Source of the DNA: Candidatus Deferrimicrobiaceae bacterium
GTDB taxonomy: Bacteria; Desulfobacterota; Deferrimicrobia; Deferrimicrobiales; Deferrimicrobiaceae
DNA: 64,000 nucleotides
NCBI GenBank assembly: GCA_963792415.1
Contig: CAWBVY010000004.1
Span: 642,572-706,571 of the forward strand
Reading direction: 5' to 3'
A program made the translations under genes and the position numbers. The number at the start of each line of letters is the position of its first letter. The first letter of the stretch is position 1. The notes under the pieces are model-generated. The model ran no database searches. It was not told the DNA's origin and saw only the letters and a program-made list of their open reading frames with translations. Below are positions 58,416 to 64,000 of this stretch, in pieces.

Positions 58416-59544
58416 ATGGATTTCCTTGGAGAGCTGGTCGCGAACTACACGTTGCGGACCGTGGGGATGGGGGCGGTGTTCCTCGGCGCGGTAAACGGCA
58501 TGCTCGGCTCGTTCGCCGTCCTCCGGAAACAGAGCCTGTTGGGGGACGCCATATCGCATGCGTCGCTCCCGGGCATCGCTCTGGCGTTCCTGCTGACGGG
58601 GAGCAAATCCACGCTCGTGCTGCTGCTGGGTGCGGCCGCCGCCGGATGGGTCGGAACGCTCTTCGTCATGAACATCGTGAAAAACACCCGGATAAAGTAC
58701 GACAGCGCTCTCGGGCTGGTCCTGTCCGTCTTCTTCGGCGTCGGTCTGGTCCTGTTGACGTACATCCAGCGGATGCCCGTCGCGTCCCAGGCGGGGCTCG
58801 ACAGGTTCCTGTTCGGACAGGCCGCGACGCTCCTTGCCAGGGACGTAACCACCATCGGAATCCTCGGCGGGGTGGTCATGATCATCGTCCTGGCCGTATG
58901 GAAGGAGTTCAAGCTGCTCTGCTTCGATCCCGACTTCGCCGTGAGCCTCGGTTTCCCGATCCGGTGGCTCGATGTATTGCTGATCACCCTCCTCGTGACG
59001 TCGATCGTTATCGGCCTTCAGACCGTGGGCGTCGTGCTGATGAGCGCGATGGTCGTCGCGCCGGCGGCTGCGGCGCGGCAATGGACCGACCGCCTGGGGG
59101 CAATGGTCGCGATCTCGGCGTGTTTCGGGGCACTGGCGGGGGGCGCGGGCGCCTTGGCCAGCAGCGTCACGGAGCGTCTCCCGACGGGGCCGACGATCGT
59201 CCTCTGCCTGACGGCGATCGTGCTCGTCTCGTTGCTGGCGGCCCCGAACCGCGGAGTCATCTGGAAATGGGTCCGGGAGCGGGCCAATCGGAACATTCTC
59301 CAGACGGAAGCGGTTCTCGCCGACCTGTACGTCCTGGCCATGCGGCACGACCGACCCCGGACATGGGCATCCGATATCCGTGCTGCGCACCATGAGCATC
59401 GGGCATGGGGGGGTGGATCGGAGCCTGGAAGTGCTGCGGGAGAGGGGATTCGTTCGAAGGACGGCGGACGATGCGTGGTCCCTCACCCCCCGCGGCCTGG
59501 GAGAGGCCAGACGGCTCGAGGCGAAACGGGGGGAGTCGTCGTGA
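58416..59544 (+). CDS. troC: Metal ABC permease TroC/MntC with C-terminal wHTH-like tail; +1 frameshift near 59352
   Basis: GDAISHASLPG. After removing one C near 59352 the frame reads ...VLRERGFV...WSLTPRG...ESS* with TGA at 59542-59544 overlapping the next GTG. Confidence 0.75.
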
Positions 59545-60650
59545 CCGCTCCGCAGGTCGAAATCCAGCTCATCGCCGTCGTCGTCGCGGTTTCGTGCGCC
59601 TTGCCGGGAACGTTCCTGGTCCTTCGCCGGATGGCGATGATGAGCGACGCCATCAGTCACGCGATCCTGTTCGGCATCGTCCTCGCGTTCTTCGTGGCGC
59701 GGGACCTCTCGTCGCCCTTCCTCGTCATCGCCGCGGCCCTCACTGGCGTGCTGACCGTGAGCCTCGTCGAGCTCCTGAACCGCACGGGACTCGTCCGGGA
59801 GGATGCCGCGATCGGCCTTACCTTCCCGGCGCTGTTCAGCATCGGGGTAATCCTGGTGGCCAGGCACGCGGGAAGCGTGCACCTGGACGTCGACTCCGTC
59901 CTGCTCGGGGAGCTGGCCTTCGCGCCCTTTAACCGGTTCGCGGTGCTGGGCTACGACATCGGGCCCAGGGCGTTCTATCTGATGACGGGCATCATGCTTC
60001 TGAACATCCTGTTCATCGGCGCATTCTACAAGGAGCTGAAGCTGGCCACCTTCGATGCCAGCCTCGCCGGGGCCCTCGGTTTTTTCCCCGGCTTCCTGCA
60101 TTACGCCCTGATGGGCCTCGTATCCGTGACGGCGGTCGGCGCCTTCGACGCGGTGGGATCGATTCTCGTGGTGGCGCTCATGATCGCTCCTCCCGCGACG
60201 GCGTACCTGCTGGTCGACCGGTTATCGCTGATGCTGGCGGTCAGCGCGCTCCTGGGGGCCGTGAGCGCGGTATCCGGTTACTGGATCGCCCATGCCCTCG
60301 ACGCATCCATCGCCGGCTCCATGGCGTCCGCGGCGGGTCTTCTCTTCGGGGTGGCGTACCTTGCCGCCCCGGGCCGGGGCTTGATCGCCACCACCTTGAG
60401 GCGGATCCGCCAGCGATGGAAATTCGCCCAGACGATGCTCCTCGTCCATTTGTACAACCACGAGGGCCTTCCGGAGGCGGTCCGGGAGAACCGCGACACG
60501 AACCTCCCGGAGCACCTGAAGTGGGATCCCGGTTTCGCGGCAGGCGTCGTCGCCGCGGCCAGAAAGCGGGGTTTCGTGGAGATCCGGGGCAGCTTTCTCT
60601 ACCTGACGGACGTCGGTCGCAGCGCAGCCAAAGAGGCGATGGTCGGATGA
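59541..60650 (+). CDS. troD: Metal ABC permease TroD/MntD
   Basis: GTG 59541 (MTAPQVEIQLIA), SDAISHAILFG, VHLDVD and AFDAVG; C-terminal wHTH-like tail. Confidence 0.8.
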   Translation: MTAPQVEIQLIAVVVAVSCALPGTFLVLRRMAMMSDAISHAILFGIVLAFFVARDLSSPFLVIAAALTGVLTVSLVELLNRTGLVREDAAIGLTFPALFSIGVILVARHAGSVHLDVDSVLLGELAFAPFNRFAVLGYDIGPRAFYLMTGIMLLNILFIGAFYKELKLATFDASLAGALGFFPGFLHYALMGLVSVTAVGAFDAVGSILVVALMIAPPATAYLLVDRLSLMLAVSALLGAVSAVSGYWIAHALDASIAGSMASAAGLLFGVAYLAAPGRGLIATTLRRIRQRWKFAQTMLLVHLYNHEGLPEAVRENRDTNLPEHLKWDPGFAAGVVAAARKRGFVEIRGSFLYLTDVGRSAAKEAMVG

Positions 60651-60833
60651 ACCGGCAGGCGGCTCCCTCCCACGGAGCGACTTGCTCTTCCGGCGGAAAT
60701 TGCTTCCTTCGCTCCCGAATCCCCGGGAAATCGTCCCGGCAGGAAACTCCTCACCGGCAGTACCCATCGAATTAGCAGTAGGCGATATCGGTAACTGTTC
60801 ACCAACCGACGGACAGGCAGGGAGGGCATTGGT

Positions 60834-61160
60834 ATGACAAGAAAGAGCGCACTTTATGCACTGGCAGTCGTTGTTGCTGTTGTAATGATGGGCGGAATGG
60901 CGATCGGAACGGCGGGGGCGGTCCAGGCGGATAGCGAGGGGGCGGGCGTGTACGGAACGACGCATTCTTCCCTCTCGAGTGAGCCGGAGATGACCGTGGA
61001 GCAATCGAACGCGGGAGAGATCCGCGAACCGATGGGGACAGGGGCGTTGCCTGATCGATCCGTGAAGCCGGATAGCGAGGGGTGGGTGAATATGGACGTG
61101 TCTCAACAGAATGCCTCGGCGCAGTTTCGGAACCTCCCCAACATCCAGGCGGGCGAGTAA
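60834..61160 (+). CDS. Hypothetical secreted protein (108 aa)
   Basis: GGAGG RBS, signal peptide (AVQA), terminator downstream. Family not recognised. Confidence 0.65.
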   Translation: MTRKSALYALAVVVAVVMMGGMAIGTAGAVQADSEGAGVYGTTHSSLSSEPEMTVEQSNAGEIREPMGTGALPDRSVKPDSEGWVNMDVSQQNASAQFRNLPNIQAGE

Positions 61161-61194
61161 CGTAGCAAGATGTTGATATTGCAAGGAAACAACG

Positions 61195-61234
61195 ACGCCG
61201 GGAAGGATCCTTCCCGGCGTTTTTTCTTTTTTTT
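61195..61234 (+). terminator. Intrinsic terminator
   Basis: ACGCCGGGAAGG-AT-CCTTCCCGGCGT followed by a long T tract. Confidence 0.85.
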
Positions 61235-61308
61235 GGTGCGCCCGGCAGGGGCGCAAGGTAAAATACAAGGGTTTTAAATCCCTTAGCGTGCCCGGAGATG
61301 GGGGGTCA

Positions 61309-62397
61309 GTGAAACGCGGAACCGTGGCCGCGACGCTTGCGGTCTTCATGTTTCTTTATGGCGGTGTCTATGCCGGCGAGGCGGCGCGTGCCGTTCTTTC
61401 CCCCGACTCCCCGAAAGAATCTCCCTGGTTTTCCGAAGTGCTGCGCGATTCCGCCCGGGGGAGCCGGGACCTTCTCGGCCTTCCGGTGGACCCCGCGATG
61501 GTGAAGCGCGAGATCGAACGGTTGGCGGAACGGCTCCGTCCCGAGGTGAACCGCGCCTCCAACGAAGAGCAGGTCGTCGACGCTTTCCGTCGCGTCCTCC
61601 TGACCGAGGAAGGGTTCGTCTACGACAAGTCGCCCTCGGACCCCGGGAATTATCTCCTCGAAACGGTCCTGGCCCGGAAAAAGGGGAACTGCCTGGGCCT
61701 TTCGATGCTCTACCTTTCCCTCGCGGACCGGCTGGGTCTCCCCTTCCGCGGGGTGTACGTCCCGTCCCACTGTTTCGTCCGGTATGAAGGGAAAACGACC
61801 CGTCGGAACGTCGAGTTCGCCGAGGGCGGCGCCTCCTGGGAGGACGAGCGGTACCGGAGGGAGTTCCGGGTCCGTCCGGGAAGGCCGTACCTGCTTTCTC
61901 TCGCCCACACGGAGATGCTGGGAGTGTTCCTGAAGACCCTCGGTGCCGGGTATTCCCGGAAAGGGCGGGAGGAGGATGCGCTCCGGCTGTACGACGAGGC
62001 GGGGCGTCTCTACCCGGGGCTGCCCGACGTGCACTACAACGCCGGGGTGTCCCTGCAAAGGCTTGGCCGGCTCGACGAGGCGGCAGTGAAATACCGCCGC
62101 GCGCTCGACCTCGACCCGGAGATGGCGGCCGCCCGGGACAACCTGAGCATTCTCCTGGCCGGGGAGGGGCGGTACGAGGAGGCGATCGCGGAGGCCCGCC
62201 GGGCCGTGGAACTCGAGCCGTGGAACGCCGCCACGCGAGGGAACCTTGCCGCCGCCTACTGCGGCTGCGGGCAACTCGACGAGGGGATCCGGGAGTACCG
62301 TGCGGCGATCGAGATCGATCCCGGGAACCGGAGGCTGCAGTCGGGGCTCGAACGGGCGTACCTCTCGCGCGGGTCGCGCAGGGAGTCGCTTCCGTAA
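61309..62397 (+). CDS. Transglutaminase-like (SirB1/Transglut_core2) + TPR protein
   Basis: LETVLARKKGNCLGLSMLY and VPSHCFVRY, followed by multiple TPRs. Confidence 0.8.
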   Translation: MKRGTVAATLAVFMFLYGGVYAGEAARAVLSPDSPKESPWFSEVLRDSARGSRDLLGLPVDPAMVKREIERLAERLRPEVNRASNEEQVVDAFRRVLLTEEGFVYDKSPSDPGNYLLETVLARKKGNCLGLSMLYLSLADRLGLPFRGVYVPSHCFVRYEGKTTRRNVEFAEGGASWEDERYRREFRVRPGRPYLLSLAHTEMLGVFLKTLGAGYSRKGREEDALRLYDEAGRLYPGLPDVHYNAGVSLQRLGRLDEAAVKYRRALDLDPEMAAARDNLSILLAGEGRYEEAIAEARRAVELEPWNAATRGNLAAAYCGCGQLDEGIREYRAAIEIDPGNRRLQSGLERAYLSRGSRRESLP

Positions 62398-62400
62398 GCG

Positions 62401-63270
62401 CTACAGGTCGGTCAGCGCCCTCACGACCGCGGACAGGTCCCGGTCGCCGAACCCCTTGTCCCGTGCCGCGCCGAACAGGTCGCACGCGGCTTTCGTCACC
62501 GGCGTCGGGATCCCCATCGCCTTCCCCGTTTCGACGGCAAGCCGCAGGTCCTTGTGCGCGTGCTTCAGGGGGAAGTTCGGGGTGAAGACCCGCTCCCCGA
62601 GCATGTCCGGTCCCTTGATCCGGATCGCGGGGCACGCCACCACGGAGCTCTCCAATACGGCGAGGATCTTATCCGCCGGCAGCCCCGCTTCCATCCCCGT
62701 CAGCGCGCCTTCCGCGAAGACGCAAAGAATCGTCCCGAAGATCTGGTTGAAGATGAGCTTCATGTGGGCCGCCATCCCCGTGTCGCCCATGTGGATCACC
62801 CGGCTCCCCATCGAGAGCAGGAGCGGCTCCATCCGGCCGGAGAGACCTGCGTCCCCTCCGGTGAGAATCACCAGCGTCCCCTCCGTGGCGGGCTTCCTGC
62901 TCCCCAGCACGGGCGCTTCGAGATAGTCGGCGCCGGTATCGCGGATCATGCGCGCGACCTCGCGCGACGCCTCGGGAGAGACGGTCGTCATGTCGATGTA
63001 CGTTTTCCCCGGCGACAAGGCGCCGAGGATGCCGCCCTTGGCGGTGACGACGTCCCGAACGGCAACCGGGTCGGAGACCATCGTGATCGTTATTTCGGAG
63101 CGTCGGACGAGGTCCGCGAGCGACGTCGCGGCGTTCGCCCCCGCGGCGACCAGCGCCCCCATCTTCGCCGGCGTCCGGTTATACACCGTGACGTCGTGCC
63201 CCTTCGCCAGGAGGTTCCGGCACATCGGCTCGCCCATGATCCCCAGCCCGACAAAACCGACCTTCGCCAT
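62401..63270 (-). CDS. NAD(P)-dependent beta-hydroxyacid dehydrogenase (3-hydroxyisobutyrate / glyoxylate reductase family)
   Basis: VGFVGLGIMG, YNRT, EAPVLGS, MKL..N and FPLKHAHKDL. Confidence 0.92.
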   Translation of the reverse strand: MAKVGFVGLGIMGEPMCRNLLAKGHDVTVYNRTPAKMGALVAAGANAATSLADLVRRSEITITMVSDPVAVRDVVTAKGGILGALSPGKTYIDMTTVSPEASREVARMIRDTGADYLEAPVLGSRKPATEGTLVILTGGDAGLSGRMEPLLLSMGSRVIHMGDTGMAAHMKLIFNQIFGTILCVFAEGALTGMEAGLPADKILAVLESSVVACPAIRIKGPDMLGERVFTPNFPLKHAHKDLRLAVETGKAMGIPTPVTKAACDLFGAARDKGFGDRDLSAVVRALTDL

Positions 63271-63351
63271 CGTTTCCTCCTCCCCCGGAGATCGGATCCG
63301 CCTGCGGTATTCCGGCCTTGACGCGGTCCGCCGATCCATCAGAATGGTACC

Positions 63352-64000
63352 ATGGCCTCCAAAACGATCGACATCCTCAGGAAGACGCCGCTGTTCGCGA
63401 CCTTGCCCGACGACGATCTCCGGCGGGTCGCCGATCTCGCCGTTTCCCGGCGTTTCGCGAAGAAAGAGGCGGTCTTCCGGGAAGGGGACCGCGCCGACGG
63501 GTTCTTCATCGTGTCTTCCGGCAAGGTGAAGGTGTTCAAGCTCTCCGGAGAGGGGAAGGAGCAGATCCTCCACGTCCTGGAAGCGGGGCAGACGTTCGCC
63601 GAGGCGGTGATCTTCGAGGGAGGGGGCTATCCCGCGCACGCCGAGGCGCTCACCGACACGGACCTTCTTTTCCTGCCGAAGCGCCCGTTCGTCGACCTGC
63701 TGGAGCGCCATCCGAAAGTCGCGATCCGTATGCTGGCGTCCCTCTCCCGCTGGCTCAAGCGGATGACCGATCTCGCGGAGAGCCTCTCCCTGAAGGACGT
63801 GGAGACGCGCCTGGTGTTCTACCTCTCGGAGGAACTCAAGGCGCGCGGCATCCCCGCCAAGGACGGGGCGGAGCTCGAACTGGCGATCGGCAAGAACGTG
63901 CTCGCCTCCCGGCTGGGGACGGTTCCGGAGACCTTCTCCCGGACGCTCAAGAAATTGCAGGACGACGGCCTGATCGACGTCCGCGGAAAGCGGATCCGGA
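63352..64000 (+). CDS. Crp/Fnr family regulator (HcpR/Dnr-like), runs off window end
   Basis: Manual translation MASKTIDILRKTPLF...GKVKVFKLSGEGKEQIL...LASRLGTVPETFSRTL. Not in the ORF track. Confidence 0.92.
   Translation, partial: MASKTIDILRKTPLFATLPDDDLRRVADLAVSRRFAKKEAVFREGDRADGFFIVSSGKVKVFKLSGEGKEQILHVLEAGQTFAEAVIFEGGGYPAHAEALTDTDLLFLPKRPFVDLLERHPKVAIRMLASLSRWLKRMTDLAESLSLKDVETRLVFYLSEELKARGIPAKDGAELELAIGKNVLASRLGTVPETFSRTLKKLQDDGLIDVRGKRIR

Noticed and set aside
58404-60650. 748-aa TroC-TroD fusion as a novel protein
   Set aside because: The linker is out-of-frame sequence. Removing one base restores a normal TroC end with a GTGA overlap to troD.

Overview
GC-rich bacterial chromosome segment of deltaproteobacterial character. 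The gene order tmk-holB-PSP1-metG-tatD, the eukaryote-like citrate synthase and the multiheme cytochrome/cytochrome b cluster suggest a Desulfobacterota/MBNT15-like anaerobe (inference, not a database result). Most of the window is housekeeping: nrdJ with tandem NrdR boxes, metH/yitJ, gltA, tol-pal, tsaD, rsmA, panBCD, smpB-ssrA, metal transport and regulators. Highlights: (1) an 8-kb operon with three tandem multiheme-c/cytochrome-b modules plus a 16-18-heme protein (47 CxxCH + 2 atypical motifs), sharing a 15-bp operator palindrome with citrate synthase; (2) directly after tmRNA, three hairpins sharing a CGTAGCT...AGCGAAG signature next to a minimal GIY-YIG nuclease, followed by an accessory carboxylate-catabolism block; (3) a rubredoxin missed by the ORF track, with an ATC start, inside the methionine operon; (4) a candidate pan attenuator, a collapsed tctC remnant and an MntH-like N-terminus on TroA. 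Several single-base insertions (DOMON-like gene, troC) suggest local sequence errors. No CRISPR array, rRNA, tRNA, integrase or transposase was seen.
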